This document shows positions 17,832 through 26,608 of a stretch of 64,000 nucleotides of DNA, one piece after another (the first letter of the stretch is position 1; each line of letters begins with the position of its first letter). The DNA is from Clostridia bacterium. GTDB lineage: Bacteria > Bacillota > Clostridia > Christensenellales > CAG-1252. The stretch is from contig JAIKVL010000016.1 in the NCBI GenBank assembly GCA_024685775.1, positions 40,128 through 104,127 of the forward strand. The letters are read 5' to 3'. The notes under the pieces were generated by a model that saw nothing but the letters and a program-made list of their open reading frames with translations, had not been told where the DNA came from and did not search any database. The position numbers were made by a program, and so were the translations under genes.

Positions 17832-18782
17832 TTATTCGCTCCTTTTCAAGCGTTCTTCCAGTTCCTGCGGCGCGCTGTACCCCATTTCTTTCAGGCGAAG
17901 CGCCGCGACCGCCGCCTCGATGACGACGAACAGATTTCTTCCCGCCTTGACGGGAATTTCGAGCTTCGGAATGCTGACGCCGAGGATCTCCTCGCGCAGA
18001 TTTTCCTCACCGATGCGCTCGTAGGTGTTGCCGTCTTCCCACTCGACGAGTTCGAAGACCGCGTCCACAGATTTATTGACGCGGACGGCGACCGAGCCGA
18101 ACAACCGCTCGACGTTAATGATCCCGACGCCGCGGATTTCAAGCATATGACGAATCAGATCGGGCGATCTGCCGATCAGAATATCTCCCTTTCTGCGAAT
18201 GATGACGCTGTCGTCCGCGACAAGCCTATGCCCCCTGTGGACGAGTTCGAGCGCGACTTCGCTCTTTCCGATCCCGCTTTGCCCTTTGAGAAGGACGCCC
18301 ATTCCCGCGACGTCCACCAAGACGCCGTGCAGCGTGATCTCTTCCGCGAGCGCAGAAGAGATAAATTCGCTGATCTTCGCTCCGATCACGCCCGTGATCT
18401 CGGAAGACGCAAACAGCGGGACGCCGTTTTCTTCCGCCGCCTCGATGAGTTCGGGGAGGGGTTTGATCCCTCTCGCGATGACCGCGCAGGGGATCTTCAA
18501 TGCAAACATACGCTTTGCCCGTTCCAGCAAAATATCTTTCGGAAGGCTCATCGCAAAGCTCATTTCCGCGCTTCCGAAGACGACGACGCGACTCGGCGCG
18601 AAGAAAGTCTCGTAGCCGGCGAGGAAAAGCCCCGGGCGGCAAACCGCGGAAGTGGAAAACGTCATTTCGTCTTCCCCTTTCGGGAGATAGACGGGCGTCA
18701 AAGACAGAGCGGAAATAAAGTTCTCCGTTTTTACGGCGCTTTTGGTTTGCTCTTCCTTTTCTTTGTTATACTTTCCGAGCAT
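17832..18782 (-). CDS. hprK: HPr kinase/phosphorylase
   Basis: The core motif is HGVLVDVAGMGVLLKGQSGIGKSEVALELVHRGHRLVADD. AGGAGG lies upstream of ATG 18782. Confidence 0.9.
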   Translation of the reverse strand: MLGKYNKEKEEQTKSAVKTENFISALSLTPVYLPKGEDEMTFSTSAVCRPGLFLAGYETFFAPSRVVVFGSAEMSFAMSLPKDILLERAKRMFALKIPCAVIARGIKPLPELIEAAEENGVPLFASSEITGVIGAKISEFISSALAEEITLHGVLVDVAGMGVLLKGQSGIGKSEVALELVHRGHRLVADDSVIIRRKGDILIGRSPDLIRHMLEIRGVGIINVERLFGSVAVRVNKSVDAVFELVEWEDGNTYERIGEENLREEILGVSIPKLEIPVKAGRNLFVVIEAAVAALRLKEMGYSAPQELEERLKRSE

Positions 18783-18814
18783 AAGCCCCTCCTTTCGGCG
18801 AATCGCCGCGAGAA

Positions 18815-19624
18815 TTACAGTTCGTCTTTAAGGATTCTTTCGATCAAATCGGCGACCCCGTCTTCCGTTATGGGCGGGAGGACGACGTCCGCTTCCGTTT
18901 TAAGACCTTCCACCGCGTTTCCGACCGCCGCGCCGACCGCCGCCGCGCGGATCATCGAGAGATCGTTCAGATTATCGCCTACGGCGACCGTCTTTTCGCG
19001 CGGGATGCCGAGGTAATCGGCAAGCGCGAGCACGCAATTTCCTTTCCCCGCTTTCGCGCTCGTGATTTCAAGAAAGATCGGGGAACTTTTCGAGACTTCG
19101 ACCGCCTCGCCGAGGAGCGCGCGGACTTCTTTTATGCAATCGTCGATCACGCCTTCGGGGACAATGCCCATGATCTTATTCGGGCAAAACGAGGAAGGAA
19201 GCGCAAGGGACAAAGGCGCGTGGACGAAGGTCGGTTCGACCGCGCAATATTCGGAATACGCCTTGGAAAGAGGGTTCTCTTCTTTTACGAAAAACTCTTT
19301 ATCCGAATAAGCGTGAAAGACGTAATTCCTTTCTTCGAAATAGCGAAACGCCTTCATTGCGAGATCATTCGGAAGGGGAAAACTGCGGATGGGTTCACCC
19401 GAATCCACGCGATAAAACGCCGCGCCCTGACAGGCGACGCAATAGTCGTCCGCGCCGACCGAAGCGATAAGCTTTCGGATCGATGGATAGATGCGCCCCG
19501 TCGCGATGACGAAGGTCCCGCCCGCTTCGCGATACGCCGCGATCGCCTTCTTTACTTTGGGGCTGACCTCTTTTCCGTTATAGATCGTCCCGTCAAAATC
19601 ACTTGCAATCAAAGAGTATTTCAT
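18815..19624 (-). CDS. Cof-type HAD-IIB family hydrolase
   Basis: Motifs are LIASDFDGT, ATGR and GDNLNDLSM. Confidence 0.85.
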   Translation of the reverse strand: MKYSLIASDFDGTIYNGKEVSPKVKKAIAAYREAGGTFVIATGRIYPSIRKLIASVGADDYCVACQGAAFYRVDSGEPIRSFPLPNDLAMKAFRYFEERNYVFHAYSDKEFFVKEENPLSKAYSEYCAVEPTFVHAPLSLALPSSFCPNKIMGIVPEGVIDDCIKEVRALLGEAVEVSKSSPIFLEITSAKAGKGNCVLALADYLGIPREKTVAVGDNLNDLSMIRAAAVGAAVGNAVEGLKTEADVVLPPITEDGVADLIERILKDEL

Positions 19625-19771
19625 AAGTCCGTTTCCGTGTTTTATATTATAACTTATAGCGAGTACTTTATCAACAGGAAAAAAAGAGTTTTTCGCGAGG
19701 GTCGGGTCGAACGACCGAAAAAAGGCGCGTCGAAACGCCCTTCCGCAAATCTTTATAAAAAAGAAAAATAC

Positions 19772-21592
19772 TTATTTTTTATCCGCAAAAAACGCCGCGA
19801 TCTTTTCCGCCGCGGGACGCGTGACTCCCTTGACTGCGGCGATCTCGTCCGCCGAAGCGGAGCGAAGCTCGTCGAGCGATCCGAACGCCTTGTGTAAAGT
19901 CTTGACCGTCTTTTCGCCGACGCCTTCGATTTCGAGAAGCATACTTTTTACGCTGCGTTTCGCGCGAAGTTTTCGGTGAAACGTGATCGCGAAACGGTGC
20001 GCCTCGTCGCGAATGCGGATCAAAAGCCGAAGCGCGAACGCAGATTTCGGCAGGCGGATCTCTTCGCCCGTCGGAAGGACGATGATCTCTTCTCTTTCCG
20101 CAAGCCCGATCATCGGGATCTCCTCGCCCGCTTCTTTCATCGCTTCCATCGCGTAATGCACCTGCCCGATGCCGCCGTCTATGACGAGGAGATCGGGGCG
20201 AACGGAAAAGGAGGAATCTTTTCCCTCTTTCAGTCGCTCGAATCGGCGAGACAGCGTCTCTTTCATACAAGCGAAGTCATTATTCCCTTCGACGGTCTTG
20301 ATCCGAAAGGTGCGATACATTTTCGCGTCCTTTTCCCCTTTCGTAAAGACGACCATAGAGCTGACTTTATCCGTCCCGCTGATATGACTGATATCGAAAC
20401 ACTCGATCCGATCGAGCGAAGAATCCAGCCCCAAAAGATCGGCGAGGTTTTTCGAGGCGCCCGTCGTCAAGCGGTCTTTTCGAGAGAGTTCGGCGGTCGA
20501 ACGCGAAAGATATTCGACGGCGTTTTTCGAAGCGATCTCCGCGAGTTGCGCGCGGACGCCCCCTCTCGGGGAAGAGACGGTAACCTTTTCTCCTTTCTTT
20601 TCGGACAGAAGCGAAGAAAGCGCTTCCTCGTCCGGCAGAGGGACGGAAGTGACGACGCCCTCCGCGACGATCCCGCCGTCATAATAACGATTGATGAAAC
20701 TCGAAAGCGTTCCCGCGAGGTCGATGCTCGCGTCGCGAACCGCGAATTTTTCGCCGCCGACGATCTTTCCGCCGCGAACGATCAAAGTCGCGACCGCCAT
20801 TCCGTCGCCGCCCGACGCGATCGCGAAAACGTCGAGATTGAAATCGTTCGGGAGCGCGGCGATCTGCCTGCGGATCATTTTTTCGAGGGTCTCGATCCGA
20901 TCGCGATAAAAGATCGCCTGCTCGTACTGCATATTCTCGGAAGCCTCGCGCATTTTCCGCTCTAAGTTATCGCGGATCGTGTCGTCGTTCCCGTTCAAAA
21001 AAGCGATGACGTCGTTCAGGACCGCGCGGTATTCCTCTTTCGTAACCTTCCCGGAGCAAGGCGCGAGACATCGCCCGATATGCGCGTTCAGGCAAGGACG
21101 GTGACTTTTCGGAATCTTTTCCATATTCAAAGCGCACTCGCGGACGGGGAACGCCGAATGGATCAGCCGCAGCATTTCCGTAGCCGATATCCCGACCATA
21201 TACGGTCCGAAATAGCGCGCTTTATCCGCTTTCAATCGGCGAATGATCTCGACCCGAGGAAAGGGTTTCGACAGGTCGATCCGCAAAAAGGGATAGAGTT
21301 TATCGTCTTTCAAAAGAATATTGTAAAAAGGCTTATGGAATTTGATCAGATTGTTTTCGAGGACAAGGGCTTCCTCTTCGGTGCGCGTGATGATATAGTC
21401 GAAATCGCAAACCTTTTCGACCATCGCAAGGACCTTTTCCGCTTTGGGGGACGCATTGAAATAGGAACGGACGCGGTTTTTGAGATTCTTCGCCTTCCCG
21501 ACGTACAGGATCTCCCCTTTTTCGTCCATCATTTTATAAACGCCGCTATCCTCCGGCAGTTCTTTGAGTTTTACCCGAATTCCTTCGTTCAT
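19772..21592 (-). CDS. uvrC: excinuclease ABC subunit C
   Basis: The GIY-YIG domain reads GVYKMMDEKGEILYVGKAKNLKNRV. A UVR domain, an endonuclease domain and a C-terminal HhH follow. I chose ATG 21592 (MNEGIRVKLKELP) over the track's GTG at 21631. Confidence 0.9.
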   Translation of the reverse strand: MNEGIRVKLKELPEDSGVYKMMDEKGEILYVGKAKNLKNRVRSYFNASPKAEKVLAMVEKVCDFDYIITRTEEEALVLENNLIKFHKPFYNILLKDDKLYPFLRIDLSKPFPRVEIIRRLKADKARYFGPYMVGISATEMLRLIHSAFPVRECALNMEKIPKSHRPCLNAHIGRCLAPCSGKVTKEEYRAVLNDVIAFLNGNDDTIRDNLERKMREASENMQYEQAIFYRDRIETLEKMIRRQIAALPNDFNLDVFAIASGGDGMAVATLIVRGGKIVGGEKFAVRDASIDLAGTLSSFINRYYDGGIVAEGVVTSVPLPDEEALSSLLSEKKGEKVTVSSPRGGVRAQLAEIASKNAVEYLSRSTAELSRKDRLTTGASKNLADLLGLDSSLDRIECFDISHISGTDKVSSMVVFTKGEKDAKMYRTFRIKTVEGNNDFACMKETLSRRFERLKEGKDSSFSVRPDLLVIDGGIGQVHYAMEAMKEAGEEIPMIGLAEREEIIVLPTGEEIRLPKSAFALRLLIRIRDEAHRFAITFHRKLRAKRSVKSMLLEIEGVGEKTVKTLHKAFGSLDELRSASADEIAAVKGVTRPAAEKIAAFFADKK

Positions 21593-21685
21593 AATTCTAT
21601 TATACAACGCTTTCGAAAAAAACAAAAGCACCTTCCGAAAGCAGAAAATCGGCGCAGCCTTTCGGTTGCGCCGAACTCCGTTTTC

Positions 21686-23809
21686 TTACGAAAGAGAAAT
21701 CCTCATCGCGGGAAGGATGCCGCGGGACAGGACGTAAACGTCGTAATGCGATATAGCTCCGCTCGGATCCACGCATCTCGCGCGATGCGCGATTTCGTTA
21801 TTCGGAGAGCGAAGCCACCAATCACCGTTCCCCTGATCGTTTGCGTTCAAGCCATTTTTAATCGCGTAATCGGTCGCGGCGATCTTGCGATCGTCATTCG
21901 ATGAAAACCCGAGCGAAGAGTTCGTCGCTTCCGCATAACTCAAAAGGAAAAACAGGTCTTCCGTGTCGTCGCAAGCGTTCGGATTGCTTGCGTAGCCGGT
22001 GGAAGCCACGCCGTTATCCACCGTCGTTGACTCGATATATTCGAGTTGCGCCGCGGTAAACACTCGGTTTTTGAAATCCGAATTCAAATATTCACGAATG
22101 TCGCTATCTTTATAACCATTGGATCCGACGTCATACTTCCGCGCGTCCAAAACGCATTCGCTGATGAGGAAGAAGATTCCGCTTTGGTTCCTCGCAATAC
22201 GCCACTTGATCGGCTCGTACTTATAAACCGAAGTCTCGCCGTTCCTATAAATCGCGCGATAATTCGCGCCGTCGTAAAATACGTCGACGAAATAATAATT
22301 CTTATTCTCGGACAAGCGCCAAGAGAAAGCGTCATCCTCCGTCGGCAACAGACCTGCGCGGGCAGATACTTCTTCCGCCAAACTCGCGTCGGTCACTTTG
22401 GATTGAAGATACGTCCCGAAAAGCACGTACTGCCCGTTCGCAGCAGGTTCGCCCGCCGCGTTCACCCTTTGGATCATTTGATCGCCGCAACGGGTGCAAA
22501 CGCCGTCCGAATAATCGTGCGCGATCGCGCCGCAGTAGGAGCAAAAGCACCCGACGGACTTTTCATGCGAACACACGGAAAAAGACGCCGTATAGGTGAC
22601 GTTTTTTCTTCCCATATCGAAAGAATACGTCTTTTCCTTCGTCAATAGTTCTTCGCCGTCATACCAGCCGTTCCACAAATATCCCGCGTACGATCTCGCG
22701 GACAAAGTAACGTTTTCGCCCTCTCTTTTCTTTCTTTCGGTGATCTTGGTATACGTTCCCGCGTCTTCGAGATCGGTATTCGTCGAAACGGTATAGGCGA
22801 TAAAGCGCGCTTCCAAAGACGCCTCGCGCATCGGCATCGTAAACACGAATTCACCCTCTTGCGAGACCAAAGCATCGCCCTCATACCATCCGACGAAAGT
22901 ATATCCGTCATTCGGCGAAGTCCTGAGTTCGACTCGCGTTCCGGTCTTAACGAGGATATCGACGTACTTCGTAAAGAACCCGCCCGCCGTATCGTTCGTA
23001 GAAGTCGAGAAACGCCAACCGTCTTTCTTATCGAATATCGCCGTGTAAGACAAGTCCTTCGCAGGCATCTCGAACGTGTACGTCGGATCCGCGGAAACGC
23101 GGGACTCGCCGTCATACCAACCGATAAAGATATATTCTTCGCTCGGCTCCGCCGCCAACGTTACTTGATCCAAATAGGCGTACTCTTTATCCTTACAGCT
23201 CGTATAGGTTCCGCCCGCCTCATCGTTCACTTCCGTATTCAAGGTAAAGATTTGATTCGCGTATTTCGCGGTATAGGTCGAATCCTTCGCGGGCATATTG
23301 AACGTGTATTCGAGTTCGGCGGAAAGTCGCTTCGTCCCGTCGTACCAACCGACGAAATCGTAGCCCGTTTTAACGGTCGCGGTCAACGTTACGCTCTCGT
23401 CGAAGAGTTTTTCTTCTTTATCGAGCGCCGTGTATTCTCCCGCGTCGGGATTGCTGATCTGCGTCGAAAGTTTATAGCGCATTCTTTCGAATCTCGCCGT
23501 ATAGGTGACGCTTTTCGCAGGCATTTCGAACGTATAATTCAAATCCGAAGAAAGCAGGTCTTCCCCGTCGAACCAACCTGCGAAAGAATACCCCGTATTC
23601 GATAAAGCGGTCAAAGTCACGCTTTCGCCCGGCTTCTTAACTTCCGCGGAAAATTGCGTAAACGTTCCCGCATTCTCCGCATTGCTTTCGGTCGTTATCG
23701 TGTAGACTTTTTTCTTCCCCGACGAGCCGCCCTTACACGCGGTAAAAGTAACTCCGATCGCGAGAACGAGCAGCAGGCAAACCAAACAGAATACGAGCGT
23801 TTTTTTCAT
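21686..23809 (-). CDS. secreted lipoprotein with about 6 InlB-B/List-Bact-type repeats, a Cys cluster and a C-terminal DUF6273-like domain
   Basis: The signal peptide and lipobox are MKKTLVFCLVCLLLVLAIGVTFTAC. GGAGGAAGG lies upstream of ATG 23809. A ~70-aa unit recurs, of the form GY.F.GWYDG...S....YTFxMPAK..TYTA.F. A CSHEKSVGCFCSYCG...CTRCG cluster follows. The C-terminus reads EPIKWRI...WWLRSP. Confidence 0.75.
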   Translation of the reverse strand: MKKTLVFCLVCLLLVLAIGVTFTACKGGSSGKKKVYTITTESNAENAGTFTQFSAEVKKPGESVTLTALSNTGYSFAGWFDGEDLLSSDLNYTFEMPAKSVTYTARFERMRYKLSTQISNPDAGEYTALDKEEKLFDESVTLTATVKTGYDFVGWYDGTKRLSAELEYTFNMPAKDSTYTAKYANQIFTLNTEVNDEAGGTYTSCKDKEYAYLDQVTLAAEPSEEYIFIGWYDGESRVSADPTYTFEMPAKDLSYTAIFDKKDGWRFSTSTNDTAGGFFTKYVDILVKTGTRVELRTSPNDGYTFVGWYEGDALVSQEGEFVFTMPMREASLEARFIAYTVSTNTDLEDAGTYTKITERKKREGENVTLSARSYAGYLWNGWYDGEELLTKEKTYSFDMGRKNVTYTASFSVCSHEKSVGCFCSYCGAIAHDYSDGVCTRCGDQMIQRVNAAGEPAANGQYVLFGTYLQSKVTDASLAEEVSARAGLLPTEDDAFSWRLSENKNYYFVDVFYDGANYRAIYRNGETSVYKYEPIKWRIARNQSGIFFLISECVLDARKYDVGSNGYKDSDIREYLNSDFKNRVFTAAQLEYIESTTVDNGVASTGYASNPNACDDTEDLFFLLSYAEATNSSLGFSSNDDRKIAATDYAIKNGLNANDQGNGDWWLRSPNNEIAHRARCVDPSGAISHYDVYVLSRGILPAMRISLS

Positions 23810-23895
23810 CCTTCCTCCCAAAGAGCAAAACTCCCTTTATGCGGTTTTCTCTTAAAACGTCCTTTCTCGGCGAACGCCGAATCAAAACTTCTTTT

Positions 23896-23924
23896 ATTAT
23901 AGTATAAAACTATTTACAAATCAA
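23896..23924 (-). promoter_or_regulatory. sigma-70-type promoter candidate for the lipoprotein gene
   Basis: The minus strand reads TTGATT, a 17-nt spacer, then TATAAT. It lies about 90 nt upstream of ATG 23809. Confidence 0.45.
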
Positions 23925-23990
23925 GAGGAAAGATTTGACGGTTTCGAGCGCGAAAACCCGAAACGCCCTTCATAAGATCGCGCGGCGAAT

Positions 23991-24344
23991 TCAAAATCCG
24001 AGAAAAGAGACGCCCGCGTCGAAAACCGAAAGAATCTTTTTATTCCCGATCGAATAATAGACGATCTTCCCCTTTCTGCGGGTCTTTACGAATCTTAGGG
24101 AGCGAAGGAAGGCAAGTTGATGGGAAACCGTGCTTTGATTTTGCCCGAGCATCAGGCAAAGATCGGTCACGCACATTTCGGTAATGCAAAGGGAAGACAG
24201 GATACGGACGCGGGTCGCGTCGGAGAAGACCGAAAAAAGATCGGCGAGATCGGCGGCGACCTCGTTTTTCGGTAAATAGTATCGGACGACGTTCTGGTCG
24301 TGCGGGGAAAGGATCAGAGGTTTTCTCTCGTCAAGGGCGTTCAC
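23991..24344 (-). CDS. ArsR/SmtB family metalloregulator
   Basis: ATRVRILSSLCITEMCVTDLCLMLGQNQSTVSHQLAFLR is a wHTH with three Cys in the alpha3 region. The start is GTG at 24344. Confidence 0.85.
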   Translation of the reverse strand: MNALDERKPLILSPHDQNVVRYYLPKNEVAADLADLFSVFSDATRVRILSSLCITEMCVTDLCLMLGQNQSTVSHQLAFLRSLRFVKTRRKGKIVYYSIGNKKILSVFDAGVSFLGF

Positions 24345-24439
24345 AACTTTATCCTAATCGGCATATACCACATTGTCAACGCGAAAAAAAGGCGAAATCA
24401 CTCGCATAACGGGCGGTTTTGGCAGAAAGGGAGGATTTT

Positions 24440-24607
24440 ATGCAAAACGGTGGGATGCTTTTGATCTTACTGCTTTTATTGATCTACACGTTCGGCGGCG
24501 ACGGAAGCCTTACGAGCGAAAATCTGACGCTCATCGTCCTCGCCCTATCCTTCCTCGTTTCGGGCGCGCACAGCGGTTGCGGGTGCGGCGACTTGGCGGG
24601 CGTCTAA
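24440..24607 (+). CDS. small hydrophobic Cys-tailed peptide (55 aa), hypothetical
   Basis: ATG 24440 lies 5 nt after AAAGGGAGG. The sequence is MQNGGMLLILLLLLIYTFGG...LTLIVLALSFLVSGAHSGCGCGDLAGV, with two hydrophobic segments and a C-terminal CGCG. It is transcribed divergently from the ArsR gene. I recognise no homology, so the coding status is tentative. Confidence 0.4.
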   Translation: MQNGGMLLILLLLLIYTFGGDGSLTSENLTLIVLALSFLVSGAHSGCGCGDLAGV

Positions 24608-25140
24608 CGGCGGCTCGCGAGAGCGTTCCCGAAACGGCGTTCCAACATCCGATACAGCCCCGCATAGGCAAAATCGAACAGGATGAAGACGAGCGTCAGC
24701 CCGAACGCGAGGACAAGATACTTTCCGTAATTCGGGAGCGCGTCGAGGATCGGGAAATCTTCGAGCGTCAAGCTCATCAAAAAGAAACAACCGAAAAAAG
24801 AAGCGTTCGCAAAGACGACTTCAATCGGCAGACAGAGAATCGATTTTTTCAGATATTTCCGAAGATAATAAAACAAAATCGGATAAGGTCCGAACATCAG
24901 CGCGAACGGCAAAAAAGAAAGATAGCCGACGAATAAAAAAGAAAGCGCCGCCGAAGCGACGTAGGACAGGATCGCGCCCCTGCCGCTCCCCGCGATCAGG
25001 GGAAGCGATAAAGCGACCGACGAAAGCGCGTAAAAGGCGACGGTCGCAGGCTCGACGAAATGCGCGAGAACGACCGCAATCACGGCGAGAGCCGCCGTAA
25101 CGCCCGAGATCGCAACTTCTTTCGCCGAGATTTTTTTCAT
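24604..25140 (-). CDS. hypothetical polytopic membrane protein (178 aa)
   Basis: Trimmed to ATG 25140 (MKKISAKEVAISGV...), which overlaps the upstream stop as TAATG. The protein has about 5 TM segments. The removed 109-aa extension is Arg-rich and overlaps the upstream gene. Confidence 0.6.
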   Translation of the reverse strand: MKKISAKEVAISGVTAALAVIAVVLAHFVEPATVAFYALSSVALSLPLIAGSGRGAILSYVASAALSFLFVGYLSFLPFALMFGPYPILFYYLRKYLKKSILCLPIEVVFANASFFGCFFLMSLTLEDFPILDALPNYGKYLVLAFGLTLVFILFDFAYAGLYRMLERRFGNALASRR

Positions 25141-25769
25141 TAACAGCAGCGGATCAGATCGCCGCCCATACATTCGCAGCAACAGTCGGCGCAAAGAAGA
25201 CTCATACAGCAATCGCTTCCGTCCACGCGCGGACGGGAACGCCCCATTTCCTCGTAGATATCGTAGCCCGCGCGACCGGCGTTCGCCCCGGAAGCCGCTC
25301 CGCCCGAAGTCTCTCCGTAAGAAGAAGCGTCGTGTTGCTTCATCCTCTCCATCGTCTCTTTGTACTTCTCGTTTTGAGGATCCATATTGATCGCCATATC
25401 GAGCTGAGCTTTTGCCTCGTAGTACCAGCCTTTCGCGTGATAGACGGCGGATTGATAATAGTGCCAATCCGCGTCGCGCTCGGAGATCTTATCCAGCGCG
25501 GCTTGCGCTTCGCCGATCTTTTTCGCTTTCAAAAGAGCAACGACGTGCTCGTAGATCCCTTTGACTTCCGCGCCGGAAGAAAGCCTCTCCATAACTTCGC
25601 GATAGGCGTCTTCGAGCTCGGAAAGTTTTTTCGCCGCGCGTTTTCCGCCGTCTCCCTCGACGTGGATCTCTTGGCGATATTCGTTTTTCAGGCGTTCGTA
25701 AGCCTCTTGAACTTCGGCTTGCGTTGCGTTCTCGTCAACGCCCAAAATTACAAACGGATTTTTGAACAT
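25140..25769 (-). CDS. J-domain-like (no HPD) / TPR-like protein with poly-Cys C-terminal tail
   Basis: ATG 25769 has GGAG upstream. The N-terminus NPFVILGVDENATQAEVQEAYERLKNEY is J-domain-like, but the HPD position reads QEI. The middle is TPR-like (WHYYQSAVYHAKGWYYEAKAQLDMAINMDPQN). The C-terminus is DCCMSLLCADCCCECMGGDLIRCC. Confidence 0.65.
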   Translation of the reverse strand: MFKNPFVILGVDENATQAEVQEAYERLKNEYRQEIHVEGDGGKRAAKKLSELEDAYREVMERLSSGAEVKGIYEHVVALLKAKKIGEAQAALDKISERDADWHYYQSAVYHAKGWYYEAKAQLDMAINMDPQNEKYKETMERMKQHDASSYGETSGGAASGANAGRAGYDIYEEMGRSRPRVDGSDCCMSLLCADCCCECMGGDLIRCC

Positions 25770-26608
25770 TTTCCATTCTCCTTCTTTGAAATCGCGTCGA
25801 ACCGACTGCGAAGCCCGTACCACAAGACGTTCGTGACGATCCCTTCGCTTTCCGAAAGCTTGATCTCCCGATAAGCGATTTCGATCGCGCGAATGATTTC
25901 TTCCATTAAAAACCGAACGTCCTCGCCGTGGTTTTTCATCAGGTCGCTCGCGGATTTTTCCCCGAACGTCCGATAAAAAGCGTTAAACCTTTTCTTCTTT
26001 ACGTCTTGATCGTAATCGTCCAGCGCGTCCATATAACAGACGTATTTTCCGAGGTGATATCCGAGCCTTTCGATGGAATCGGAGTTTTTTTCTCCCGCGA
26101 GAAAACCGAACGTCTTTTTCATCATATCCGAAAAAGGTTCCGCCGCCGCGTCAAGCCCGCCTCCCGCTTTCTCTTCTTCTCTTTGACGAAGGAAGCATTC
26201 GTCCGCAAATGCCGCGATCTCTGGCGATTTCGCCCTCGCCTTCCGAACGTTTCGAGAAAAAAGAATGCGCCTGAAAAGATTCGTCTCGCCGTCTTCACGA
26301 TCGTCTTTGAGTTTCAATCCGAGCAAGATCAAATTGAGTCTCGCGACTTCGAGCGAAGTCTCTGAGACGTCCGCGACCGCGCGTTTTTTCGGATTCAAAA
26401 TACATCGCTTTTGAACGATCTTCGGCTTTTCGCCGCGGATATCGGCGAAGAAAAGATTGATAAACGCCGCGTCGTAATTCACGGACAATCGAGCCGTCTG
26501 CCCCGCGCTTTTTTTCATCGCGTGGCACAGCCCACAGTAATAGGCGCGAAACAAAGCGTAATCGCGCATATAAAGATTGGGTTTATCGGGAAGGACGTAT
26601 CCGAACAT
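25748..26608 (-). CDS. DUF5685-like protein
   Basis: MFGYVLPDKPNLYMRDYALFRAYYCGLCHAMKK...LSVNYDAAFINLF matches my recollection of the DUF5685 N-terminal signature. Its ATG overlaps the trpS stop as TGATG. Confidence 0.65.
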   Translation of the reverse strand: MFGYVLPDKPNLYMRDYALFRAYYCGLCHAMKKSAGQTARLSVNYDAAFINLFFADIRGEKPKIVQKRCILNPKKRAVADVSETSLEVARLNLILLGLKLKDDREDGETNLFRRILFSRNVRKARAKSPEIAAFADECFLRQREEEKAGGGLDAAAEPFSDMMKKTFGFLAGEKNSDSIERLGYHLGKYVCYMDALDDYDQDVKKKRFNAFYRTFGEKSASDLMKNHGEDVRFLMEEIIRAIEIAYREIKLSESEGIVTNVLWYGLRSRFDAISKKENGKCSKIRL

